Shown here in pieces: positions 50,531 to 61,271 of a stretch of 64,000 bases of DNA (position 1 is its first letter; each line of letters opens with the position of its first letter). A model generated the notes under the pieces. It was not told where the DNA came from. It searched no databases and saw only the letters and a list, made by a program, of their open reading frames with translations. The DNA comes from Curvularia clavata. Lineage: Eukaryota. The translations under genes were made by a program, and so were the position numbers. The DNA lies in contig CP089275.1 of assembly GCA_023920165.1 (NCBI GenBank), forward strand, positions 2,542,001-2,606,000, in the 5' to 3' direction.

Positions 50531-53272
50531 CTAGAACCGCCTGCGTATCCGCTCCGCGAGTGCTACGTCCTCCTCGCTCTCCTCCTCGACAGGCGCTGGC
50601 GTTCTTCTCTCACGCGCCCGGTGAGCCTTCCTTCTCCGGTTGTTGCTGACATTACTGGCCGAGTCGTCGGGTCCAATTTCGCTCTTAAGATCGTCGATGC
50701 CTTCATCCGGGTCGCGCATGTTGGCCGGCGTATCCGTCCTGACTTCAATGCCACCCATACCAGCGCCCCTGCGTCGCTGCGCCACCATGGACAGCGCAGC
50801 CGCACGTTCGCGCAGCCGTCGCCGTACCGTTTCGGCCTGGTTGTGCAACTGCTCAAACGCATCCTCCATGGCCTCCATGCCAAGGTAGATTTCCCGCTCG
50901 ATTTCTGCCAGCACGGCAATCTCCGTCTCTTCATCAATCTGCACTGGTGCTCCCCCAATTGGGCGCACGGATCCCGGCCGTGCGGATCCAGGTCGTGAGT
51001 AAGGAGTGAAGGGTGACGCGAATCGCTGCGGTCCGTCAGCGGGCCGCATTTGACCCGCTCTCGAGCCCGTCCGAGGCGGAGTGCCATTCAGTTCTGGCAA
51101 GTCCTCGGCGCCAGACCAGAGGAAGCCATCAAATCGCCCAGACACGAGAATCTCCCATTCGTGCTTGGTGACTGCGGCTAGTGTTGCAAGCATGTTGTGC
51201 ATGTCGGCATGCTGGATCAGGTACATGACCGTCAGCTGGTCTCGTGGCGGGCCGCTGAGTCGGTAAAGACGCTGAAGCGCCAGGCCAGCCTTGACAAGGT
51301 ACGGTGGCGTGCCCGTGTCGGGCTTTTGCGTTCTCGGGTTGGGAAGCTTCTCCAACCCCCATAGTAGTGCGTAGAAGAGCGGTCGCTGAGGTTGCTCTAA
51401 GCGCGTGAGCATGATGAATGTGAGTGTCTCATCGTCAGCGTCTTCGGGGACATTGTCCTGCTGATCTGACAGCCAGGATTGCACAGCAACTTTGGTCTTC
51501 TTCGACTGCTTCTCGTAGTGTTCACGATACTGTTCGGGGACATCGACATCAATGCGCTGGCACGGTGCTTCCAATTCGGATGAGATGCCTAATCCGGGTC
51601 CTGGGCCTTCCTCGTACGGTGGCCACGGTGGCAGCTCACAGCGCCCGGAAACTAGTTCCAAAACCTCTCCCCAGTTCACGCCTGCGGAATCTTCCACAAC
51701 GGGCTGGTCAAAGCACATCATGCACTGGCAGTGCTCAGACGAAATATTGCGAGCAAAAACGTTTTCAAGGCGATCAAGCAGGCGCCGTGCAACTGAACGG
51801 TAGCCCGTAGCAACAGCTAATGACCCACTCGTGTCCATGACGGTGTTGTAGCTGTTGAGAACATTCTGGAGTGGCTTGAAAAACGACCGGACGTCGTGAG
51901 CCTGTGCGCCAGATAGTCGCGGTGTGGTGTAATGAGAGTACGAGGCGGCAGGAACTCCGTCAATGGCTGCCAGTAGACTTCGTGGAATTGGCTTGGCGAG
52001 ACCACCGTTTTGCAGCAGGTAGTCGACCCGAGGCGCTTCCATCATTGCTGGTGGAGGCGGTGGAGGCGGCGGTGTCAAGGGGGATTGCGCATAGCTATGG
52101 TCCACAGATTGGGTCCGGGACATGGGATCAGTCATGACCTCGATCACGGGTGGTCCATCTTTGGCAGAAGATACTACAGACGGCAAAACCGAGTGCTGAG
52201 TGGGAGTGCGCGGAGACGAATCCACAACGGACGAGGGTGATGCATCTGACTGTGGAGGAGATGGGCCACGATGATGGGCATTGTGGTCTTGGACAACCGA
52301 GGTGGCATCCGAGTCCAGGGTATATTCAGAGGGCGCCCTGCTCTTAACCTTGACTTTGACTGGCGTTGATGTTCGTGTTGGCGTCGACGTCCTCACCGGA
52401 GTCGAAGTTCTGCCTGGCGGCCGAGCATTGGAAGGACTTGCTGTCTTGGTCCGCGGCAGTAATTGCGGCGACTTTGCACGGATTGTGCTGGGCTGCGATC
52501 CCGTGGTCGAGGTGAGATCAGTGCCGTCAAACTCATCGCCCTCCCTGACACTAGAGCGTGACGCTATTCGAGGCCCAGCATGCGACGTCATACGGGTGCC
52601 GCTGTCGACACTGCGGCGGCCGTCCTCGGTGTCTCTGGCGATGGTGTCTGCATCCTTGCGCCACATGCTGTTTGCGCTGGCGGCTCGTCTCAAGTCTGCA
52701 GCCGTCGTGGCCGTGAGCGGGGGACTCGGAGGCGCTCGCGATGGTGGGGGTGGTACGTGGTTGGATGGCTGTGCTGCGGCAGTCGTCTCATCGTCATCAT
52801 CCTTCTCTGCCGACGAGGCCTCGACGTCTGTGGCTTCCGGAGTCATGGCCGACTTTCTTCTGTCAATGTTGTCGCGGGAGTAGATGCTCTCTTTGGCATA
52901 TGTCTTGGAATGCGAAGGATAGGGCAAGCTGATCCTCGACGTGTTGTCTGAGCCCAACGAGCCACGGCGGCTCATTTCGGGCACGACTGCCATTTTGTGC
53001 GACTTGGACGTGTGCGAGGACGCCAGCGTCGACGACGACGTCGAAGTGCGCACTCTCTCAGACGAAGGGCGTTTGGGCAGAGGCGGCTTGTCGGCGGTGG
53101 TTGTGTTGCTGTGATGGTCGTCGTCGTCCCTGGAGGCCGAGGAGCGAGTCTTGTGGGAGCGGGACCTCTTATGGCGTTCCCGATCCTTGTCCTTGTCCCT
53201 GGTGCGAGAGCTCCTGCGCTCGCGGTCGGGATCCTTTTTGCGACGGCGGTGCGAGTCTGAAGAATTCAACAT
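50531..53272 (-). CDS. Hypothetical protein, 913 aa: RS/RD-rich disordered N-half, folded Cys-containing C-half, coiled coil
   Basis: Single long ORF with coding-like composition; PRVDYLLQNGGL, GYRSVARRLLDRLE, CQCMMC, EWEILVSGRFDGFLWSGAE. Confidence 0.85.
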   Translation of the reverse strand: MLNSSDSHRRRKKDPDRERRSSRTRDKDKDRERHKRSRSHKTRSSASRDDDDHHSNTTTADKPPLPKRPSSERVRTSTSSSTLASSHTSKSHKMAVVPEMSRRGSLGSDNTSRISLPYPSHSKTYAKESIYSRDNIDRRKSAMTPEATDVEASSAEKDDDDETTAAAQPSNHVPPPPSRAPPSPPLTATTAADLRRAASANSMWRKDADTIARDTEDGRRSVDSGTRMTSHAGPRIASRSSVREGDEFDGTDLTSTTGSQPSTIRAKSPQLLPRTKTASPSNARPPGRTSTPVRTSTPTRTSTPVKVKVKSRAPSEYTLDSDATSVVQDHNAHHRGPSPPQSDASPSSVVDSSPRTPTQHSVLPSVVSSAKDGPPVIEVMTDPMSRTQSVDHSYAQSPLTPPPPPPPPAMMEAPRVDYLLQNGGLAKPIPRSLLAAIDGVPAASYSHYTTPRLSGAQAHDVRSFFKPLQNVLNSYNTVMDTSGSLAVATGYRSVARRLLDRLENVFARNISSEHCQCMMCFDQPVVEDSAGVNWGEVLELVSGRCELPPWPPYEEGPGPGLGISSELEAPCQRIDVDVPEQYREHYEKQSKKTKVAVQSWLSDQQDNVPEDADDETLTFIMLTRLEQPQRPLFYALLWGLEKLPNPRTQKPDTGTPPYLVKAGLALQRLYRLSGPPRDQLTVMYLIQHADMHNMLATLAAVTKHEWEILVSGRFDGFLWSGAEDLPELNGTPPRTGSRAGQMRPADGPQRFASPFTPYSRPGSARPGSVRPIGGAPVQIDEETEIAVLAEIEREIYLGMEAMEDAFEQLHNQAETVRRRLRERAAALSMVAQRRRGAGMGGIEVRTDTPANMRDPDEGIDDLKSEIGPDDSASNVSNNRRRKAHRARERRTPAPVEEESEEDVALAERIRRRF

Positions 53273-53819
53273 GGCTGCGGGATGGCGTGGAGCTACGGGC
53301 TGGTAGTATGACTGTGGGCCGGGAAAGCAGGGCAGGGCCTCTGCGGGCGAAAAGGCCCAGCGCGGCTATGGGCTCGTTGGATTGGGCGTTGGCGGTGGGC
53401 ACGTTGCGCGGTTGCGCCTATCAGGAGAGCAGCTCGCCATGCATCGACGAGGGATCTGGCCAAGGTGCGGTGAGGGGTTTGCGGTTCTGGGTGCGCTGTT
53501 GTGAGAGTTTTGGGAATCGAGTGCTCTGACGTGTAGCAGCCAAGTGGACCAGCGCTCGGGACGCATTCATCGAGCCACCAAGGCCCGTTCGCATTCCCTG
53601 CACATCACCGCCCCCATCCCATCTCCCCGCTGCCTGTGCCTGCCAATTCATTTGCTTGTTTCGGCAAAACCTGTCCAGCTAATGACATGGCGGCATGGGT
53701 TAAAAAGAAGCCTCGTGCCCTCGCCGTGCTTGGGCGCAGCAGAGCCCTAATACAAGTGTACTTACTATCTCTCTGCCTATACAACCGGTCCAAGGAAGAT
53801 GCTGGAACGACCCAGCCCA

Positions 53820-53838
53820 GTGTGTGTGTGTGTGTGTG
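53820..53838. repeat. (TG)n microsatellite
   Basis: About 9 GT units. Confidence 0.9.
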
Positions 53839-54407
53839 GCTTTGCATGCACATGCTTCGTTGGCGTTGTACGTCACACAGACACACATCCAATACACACT
53901 GACCACCACGGGCGGACACACTACTTGAGCAAAGTCGTCGTTGGGCATAAATTCTCGTCACTTTGTCACCATTATAATCGTCGGCGTCGTCTAGCCAAGC
54001 AAACACTGAGATAAAACTATAAATGCTAATTGTACAGACACGGAAGAGTGAGAGCGATAGAGAGTGAGAGAGAGTGTAAGAGTAAGAGCGAGAAGAAGAG
54101 ACGGGCCAAGTGTGCGAAACAAGGTCAAAATATTGAGTGCATGCAATCTTAGCATGGGGTATCATTGTTACATGCTCGTCGTGATGCCGGACGTCTGTCG
54201 ATCCATGTGTAAACCTGAAATGTCGTCTGTTGTTCAATCTTGGGTTTGTACGCCGTAGAACGCCTCCGTCATTTGCCAGTCAAGCGCGCCAAATGCCATT
54301 CAGTACGACGACACGCGACCACATGGTGGGGAAAGAAAAGACCAAACACATTGAAATCAAAACATGAGAGAACCCCTCGTCCTTGTCGAGGTTAAGGGTC
54401 CCCCTTG

Positions 54408-56306
54408 CTAGTGACTTTGCTGTTGGGCTTGTGCGTTATTGACATGCTGCTGTGCAAGTTGGGCACGCAGCGTTGTAATTTCGTTTTGCAGGGTGGAGAT
54501 TTTGTCGTTGTGCTCCTTCTCCATACGAGCCATGCGAGCCTCAATCTCGCGAACATAGTGCCACACGTCGACTTGGTTGCCCATGGCCTCACGCGTACTG
54601 CTACTACCGCTTCCACCGTGACTGGAGAGGCTACCCGGCTGTGAAGCGCTTGCGGGAGCTGCCATGGCCTGATGCTGGAGCATGCTGGGGCCGTTGCTTT
54701 TGCCGGCCTGGGAGCCTTGCTTGGGGGGCATGGGACTGAGCCCAGGCAAAGAAGGCAGGTGTGGCCCGTTGCTTGTGGGGGGAGCCAGACTGACGGGAGG
54801 CGTGCCTCGACCGCGCGCGTAGTTTTGCTGGTGCATGTGATGCGACAGACTGGGTGAGCGGGAGCCGGGCAAGCTGCTTTCTGGCGCACCAAGGCGGTGC
54901 TGCTCCTGCTGACCTGGCGAAAGTGGCCTGGGGCTCTCCGTCATGCTGCCCTGCGCAAAGACATTCGACTGCGAGTTTGCATTGTGGACAGAGGCAATGC
55001 TGGACGGAGCTGCCTTGGGCGAGACGTTGGCGGCTTGAGCAGAGGCGCCAGGGTAGTAGGGTCGGAGGCTGTTCTGACTGCCGGAGCCGCGGTTGGCGGC
55101 GATTGGCGGATAGGTGCTCGAGTGCTGATGGTACGAATCCTGCGTCGAGGTTCCGGTGTTTTGTCTCTTGCGCGCTGGCTCGCTAACGCGGCGGCCATCG
55201 TCATCGTCGTCGCCGTCACCGTCCGGCTCGCCAGTGTAAATGACGCCATCCATGCCTTCGTCGCCTTTGGAGTCGCCAAGATCGTCGTCGATGCCGAAAC
55301 TGGAGCGGCGGCCTGCACAGCCACCCTGGCCTTTGTTGTGTCTGGCGAGGGCGTCTCCGCGAGCAAACCTGCGGCCACACTTGTAGCAGGTGTGCGGACG
55401 CTCGCCAGTGTGAAGTTTCGTATGGCGTTTCAAATCATGTAGACGGCGGAAACGTGCTTGGCAGGTGGGACATTCATAGGGTTTTTCTTGGCTATGGGTT
55501 AGCAGATGGCTCTTGAGGTTGTGGTGTCGGGTGAAGTCGGTGGAGCAGTAAGGGCACTTGTGGCGTTTGGTCGAGGGCGACTTGGGAGTGCTTTGGCCGT
55601 ATCCCGGAAGACTCATTTGGCGGGTGGGGGCACGAGGGTCAGGCTCTGGCGGCAAGGGCCCAGGAAAAGTGAAGGCGCGGTTGCCTGGGTTGTCGGCCGG
55701 GTTGGGTGCAATGAGCTGGTGGTGATGTTGGCTGTTGTTACTGTTGTGGTGCTGGTGGTGGTGCTGTTGCTGCTGTGGCTGTGGCTGCTGAGGCGCTCCT
55801 TCGCGGGAGTTGTTGCCAAGAGCAGCACCGCCTTCTGTGGCAGAAGCTCCGGTCGCGTTTGGCGCATCTCCGTCGCCGAAGCTGGACAGGCTGACTGGGC
55901 TGGTTTGCATGTTTTCGCCAGTGACTGCATTGTTGTCTGGGATGATGAGCGGCTTCGCGGCCTTGTCTGCCTTTGACGTGTGGGCAGTTTCGTGGGGGGC
56001 GGCTGAGGAATGGCCCATGGACTGCACGCTCCCGTTCAGACTCTGGAGCACGGAAACGGCTGGATTGGGGCTCGTCTGCCTGGATGAAGAGTCGCGGAAG
56101 CGACGCTCGTCGGCGAGGGCAGCGGCTCCCGTGAGGGGCTGGGGCGACAGCTGGGGCGACAGGCCTCGCGGCGACTTTGTGAGGTGAGTTCCAAAGGTTG
56201 CGCCCGTGTGCGAGTTACGCGCTGCTGAGCCTGGTGTGCTGGGGCGGGCAGGACCATTGAAAGGATTTGTGGGCGTGGGCGTGAGTGCTCGCGTCGTGGC
56301 TGCCAT
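54408..56306 (-). CDS. C2H2 zinc-finger transcription factor (three fingers, the last atypical), polyQ/H tract, C-terminal coiled coil
   Basis: CPYCSTDFTRHHNLKSHLLTH-SQEKPY-CPTCQARFRRLHDLKRHTKLH-TGERPH-CYKCGRRFARGDALARH. Confidence 0.92.
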   Translation of the reverse strand: MAATTRALTPTPTNPFNGPARPSTPGSAARNSHTGATFGTHLTKSPRGLSPQLSPQPLTGAAALADERRFRDSSSRQTSPNPAVSVLQSLNGSVQSMGHSSAAPHETAHTSKADKAAKPLIIPDNNAVTGENMQTSPVSLSSFGDGDAPNATGASATEGGAALGNNSREGAPQQPQPQQQQHHHQHHNSNNSQHHHQLIAPNPADNPGNRAFTFPGPLPPEPDPRAPTRQMSLPGYGQSTPKSPSTKRHKCPYCSTDFTRHHNLKSHLLTHSQEKPYECPTCQARFRRLHDLKRHTKLHTGERPHTCYKCGRRFARGDALARHNKGQGGCAGRRSSFGIDDDLGDSKGDEGMDGVIYTGEPDGDGDDDDDGRRVSEPARKRQNTGTSTQDSYHQHSSTYPPIAANRGSGSQNSLRPYYPGASAQAANVSPKAAPSSIASVHNANSQSNVFAQGSMTESPRPLSPGQQEQHRLGAPESSLPGSRSPSLSHHMHQQNYARGRGTPPVSLAPPTSNGPHLPSLPGLSPMPPKQGSQAGKSNGPSMLQHQAMAAPASASQPGSLSSHGGSGSSSTREAMGNQVDVWHYVREIEARMARMEKEHNDKISTLQNEITTLRAQLAQQHVNNAQAQQQSH

Positions 56307-57925
56307 GGTGACGAGAGAAAGGGGATGGATGCACGTCTTGAGAAGCGCGTCAGAGGAGCCGCAGCGGGCGTGGGCAGGTTGCGCAAGGCTTGGTGGAATC
56401 AGTCCGGTCGTGGTCGTGGTGGTGATGGAGGAGGAGCATGCAGCGTCGCGGTCGTGCTAACCTTTGTTTCGCTGGGGCTGGAGATGAGCGCGCCTAGGGC
56501 GTCGGCTGCCAGGCGTCGAGATGGCGGCGGGTGGAGAGGGCCAGGGCCAGGACAGCGATTGAGCGACGCCGGGATGTGTGGCAGCAATTGGCGACGGGCG
56601 AGGGCAGCTCGAGGTGGAGGGGTCGAGCAGCGAGGCACAGGACAGGCAGAGCGACGGTGCAACGGCAGAGGCGGATGGAGCAGCAGGGCGTGCCAGTGGG
56701 TGGTTTGGCGACGGGTAGTGAGGCGCAGCGTGGTGAGCAGCGTGGTCAAGCAACCAAGTCAAAGAGAGCCGAGGGCGGGCGGGTGAGGGAGCGAGACGAC
56801 GTGGATGGGCTGGTGGTGTGGCTGAAGAGACGGCCCCTAGGCGCAAACCAGACAAGCACCGCCGGCCCTGGCACCGATGGCGAATGACGCCGAGTCAGGC
56901 TCGCCGCCGCGGACCTTTTTTTGTTTTTCCTTTTGGCAACGGCCCTTTTCTGGCTGGCACGTCCCACCGAGCACGAGGCGGGCGATGGGCAATGGGCGAG
57001 GGGTGATGGCGACGATGGGATGCTGAGGGCAGCCGAAAGGCAGAGGGCCGGCCGGCGTCAGGGAATGGCGGCGCAGCAAAAGGGAGGGGCGCGAGCACGC
57101 CAACGCAAGCCCATTGGGGCTGTGTAGGCGCACTCGGCCTATGACGCCGCACGCCCCACTGCCAAACAAGGCCAGCCAACAGGGCGTCACACTCCGAAAC
57201 ATGCTCTACGCACTACCAAGTCGTCGTCCCCCGCAAGCTGCCTGCTGGCCGCCAATCACCAGCGCCCTCGTCGTCGTCGTCGCCGTCGTGGCGCTGCAAA
57301 CCAAACCGCCGTCGCACACACTCACTCACGCATGGCTGTCGTCGCCGTCGTTCACGGCCGCCAGTGCAGCGCCGAGCATTGCTCTCCTCTCCTCTCCGCC
57401 ACGCTCCGCCCTTCGGAACCATACTTGCGCCGCTGCCACTCCGCCACGGTTGCACTGCGTCATATACCGTCCTGCCCGTCTACCTATCGATCGTCAGGCA
57501 CGCCATCTGCATCTAGCCTCATGGTCGCCGGCACCCAGTCAGTGCAGCATCCGCTTTGTACTGCCTGTCTACTACTAGTATACCGTTCCCCAAGACGCCG
57601 TTTGTTTGGCAGTCCGCACACCAAGATTTTCTCCCTTGCCCCCGCCACATGCGCCACAAACATGCACGCCACACATCGGTCGCTCCGCATTGGCTAGCGC
57701 TGCAGCGACGTTTTGCCGATTGGCTGTCGCTGCTTTAATCTCCGTGCCTCCACCCTGCCTGCCTGCCACACAGGTCATTGTCAGACGACACTGCTGAGCA
57801 CTACAACTAGGCGATAAGCCGCCTTCACGTGACATCAACAACCCCCCAAAAGCTACTGACGACCCAAGGCACATCGCGTCTGGCTATTCACTATATTCAC
57901 AAACACAGCCTCATGTACAACACAC

Positions 57926-59783
57926 CTACAGGTGCGCTTTGAGCTTTGCATCTTCCCGGAACCGTCTCGGCCAAATGCCCTGCTTTCCCGGCGAAAGGAT
58001 GCCCTTTGGATCTACCGCATCCTTGATCGTCTCGACAAACCTCCGATAAGCATGGTCGTTGAAATCATACAGCGAAGCCACCCGATCTGCTCCAAGTTAG
58101 CCACTCATGTGCTGCTTTAGCAACTAACAAGCTCACTTACCCATCGCATTCACATGACTGCGATATTTGCTGTACCCCTTCTTCTTGCCGGCCTCGAATA
58201 AGTCGTCAAAAATCCTCTCAACCACCTCCCGATGCCTAGCATTCGTCTTGTCAAACGTAAACATATTGACGAATACAACGTGGCGCTCGTGCATGAAAAA
58301 GTCGCAGAACAGCTCAAAGCCATGCTTTTCGTAAATGCCCTTGGCCGTCTTGATCCACGCAACAATCTCCTTGCCATTCGACGGGATAATCGGGCTGTAG
58401 TCATAATGCGCCCCAACGCCCCCTCCACGCTTAGGAAGTCTGAACTTGACCATAGGCAGCGACCAGAGTGACGGTATGCCCACAAAGAAGCCGCCCTCGG
58501 TCTCTGGCACAGATGTAGGATCCAGCGTTTCTCCCTCGGCCGCAGCAAACATCTTGCCTTGAAGACGGCCTTTTGGTGCCTTTTTCTTGATAATCTTCTG
58601 TAGCTCGTCAAAGTGCGCCTGAATCACGTCTTTGGCCCCATAAAAGCCGAATTTGGCGTTCCAGTACCCAAGCCCAAGCTGCGTCTGGAGTTCTCGGATA
58701 CGCCAGTCAGGAATCGGCGTCTCGTGCGGCCAGAACTCTTCGCGAAGGCCCATCATGCCCAGCCATTCCGTCACGTTGGACACATACACCGTGTTTGGAA
58801 TCAGGCCGTCGCGCCGAAGCGGTCCAAATATATCAACAATTGTCTCGACATCTTCAAGATCGGGCATGTCAAAGGTGCACGACATGTATGCCTGCGGAGC
58901 TGGTGTGAGCCAAATCCCCAACTTGGTCACAATGCCTAGATTCGACTGCAGAAAAAGCCCTTCGATGCTAGGGCCAAACGTAAATTTAGAGAGGTGTGCC
59001 GACGGTGAGTTGGACATGGCGAATTGGCCGCTTCGCACAAGATCGCCATTGGCCAGCATGACTTCTATACCAGCAATGTGCTGGTGGTGTGTCGAAGTCG
59101 GCGTGAAGCCTGTACCGCGATCTAATGTGTTGCCTACGACCGAGCCCCAGCCAAGTGACGGAACAGAGGGCCACACTTTCAGCTTGTTCTTGACACAGTA
59201 CTCGTACAGGTCGCCAAATGTGACGCCTGGTTCGACAACCGCGTAGGCATATTCGCCATTGACTTCAATGATTTTGTTCATGCGGTGGAGATCCAATGCT
59301 ACAGAGCCTGTGACTCTTGGTGCCGGTCCCCCATAGCTATTCCATGTCAGCGTTTGCCCTCTTCATTTAACAAGCACTTCCACCTTGTGAATTAAGTGAA
59401 AAAAAAAGAGAGCCTCACCCAAGGTTCTTGCCCCTCGAAAACGTCCATACCGGAATCCCAAACTCCCCCGATACCTCCAGCACCCTTTTCAATTCGTCTA
59501 CATTCTTGGGCCTCACAGCCGCACTCGGCACCTTCCTCGCCCCCGCATCCCCCTCATGCAGCTCGTATGGATCAATGTATTCCACCAGCTCGTCGGTCTG
59601 GTCATATACCTGGTCCGCCCCAACAACCGCCTTGTACTGTTTCAGCGCAATGTCAAAAGTCGTCTGCGAAAGACCCGGCGGGAGGACGCTTGTCAGGGGC
59701 GTAGTGACCGAGTCGCGAAATAGCGTCGAGTGTGTGGATTGATAGGCTGCATCTGTGTACGCAGCTGCTGGACTAGACGGCAT
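57926..59783 (-). CDS. VAO/PCMH-family FAD-linked oxidase (4-phenol oxidase-like), 3 exons
   Basis: SRGKNLG|YGGPAPRV, VEPGVTF, QSNLGIVTK, GAHYDYSP, KYRSH, and last exon KDAVDPKGILSPGKQGIWP (stop at 57926-57928). Confidence 0.92.
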
Positions 59784-61271
59784 GCTGTGTGTTTTGAGCC
59801 AAGGGGCTTTTTTCTTACGAGTATTCGATGATATGGTGAATTAGCCCCTCGAATAGATAAATTCCTGCACAAATGAAATCTCTTTTGCGTCTTTTTGGCC
59901 CTTTGTTTTGTCTACTCGTCCCAACAGTGAAAAAGTCACACGGAATTTAATACTTATATCCAATGTCTATCTACTACTTGAAACATACTCCGTATGCCGA
60001 CAAACCCATGTCTCAACCTTCCCCACATTTGCGGAGCAAAGCGGGACCACTCCTCTTACCCCACATTTCACCCTATTTCCCTTTCTCTCTTCCCCCTCTT
60101 CTTTCTCCAACGCTTGTTTTTCTGGGCAATTGGCTTTCTCGGGCCGCGCTATCGCGCACACGATGCCAGGGGTGGCGTGGGGTATCAGGGTCGTATTTAT
60201 CATGGCTAAATGTGGACTTTGTGCAACCCCCGCAACACAGATTGGGCTTTGGCTACAATACAGCCATGTCTATTTCATAGTTAGCGAAAGTCTTCGATGC
60301 CTTGAGTAGGCAGCTATTCAAGTTGTGTATGGCCAGATTCCAAGTAGATGGAAACTCTTGTATTTGCCACAGATCCACGGCTGCCACTATCCATCATCTG
60401 GGGCTTGTGCGGTGCCCTCACAGTTTGCATTGTGAGTGGATACATCGCCAGTGTTACTATCACTCCAGCCTGGAACTGTGCCAGTATTATTATCGGTGGA
60501 CTCGTCAGCGTTATTTTCACCCAACTAGGTGCCTCGCCAGAGCTGGCAGCGGCTTCGTCAGTCTCTGGGCGTGGCTGGGCTGGGAGCTCGTCCAGGTCAA
60601 TAGTAGTTTCCATGCGATTGACAATGTTACTTTTATCTTGATCGTAATCTTCGTCTTTATAATGAAGGTTTGCTCACAGCCGCCAAGGACGTGCTGTCCG
60701 ATATATGTTCTGTCTCTTATGTCGTGTACCGGTAGATGAAGCTCAAGCTCACAAGAATGTAGGGCCCAACTAGTTGCATTACTAAAGAAGGTTGATAGCT
60801 CCGCTCCTATAGAGGAACATCCCTATAAGGCCTCGGACCCAAAAACTTTACTCAGCTGCCACTTGCGCTACCTTTTGTCCCTGTATCGAGAGCATCGATC
60901 TTGAGTGGAAGTACTATAAAACTTTTGGTGTCAAGACTCTGGAGGTTGGTTTTCATGGATAAACAACAGGGTGCAATGAACTAGATGGTACTCCAAGTAT
61001 AATGTCTATACTGTACTTGTACTCGTAACTTGAGTGAGTTGAACACATCGAGCCATAAGGGCTCAATGCCCATTACTATATACTAAGCGAGGGTGGTGAT
61101 CGTGTACGATCAGTCACGTGGCATGCGGCATGGTTAAGAAGGATTCGTAAGACTACAGTCACTGCGCTGCTGTACCGTATTCCTCGAAACTGATTACAAC
61201 ACTGCCAGCGCAAGCAGTTTTGTCGGTTCGTAACAGATCGTTTTAATTTTGGGAATCTAATGAACGACATT

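Noticed and set aside
60348..60641. Hydrophobic ORF resembling an ammonium-transporter segment (SG.IA..VTITPA..ASIIIG)
   Set aside because: Better explained as the antisense of an acidic, Asn-rich degenerate minus-strand frame; other Amt motifs are unconvincing.
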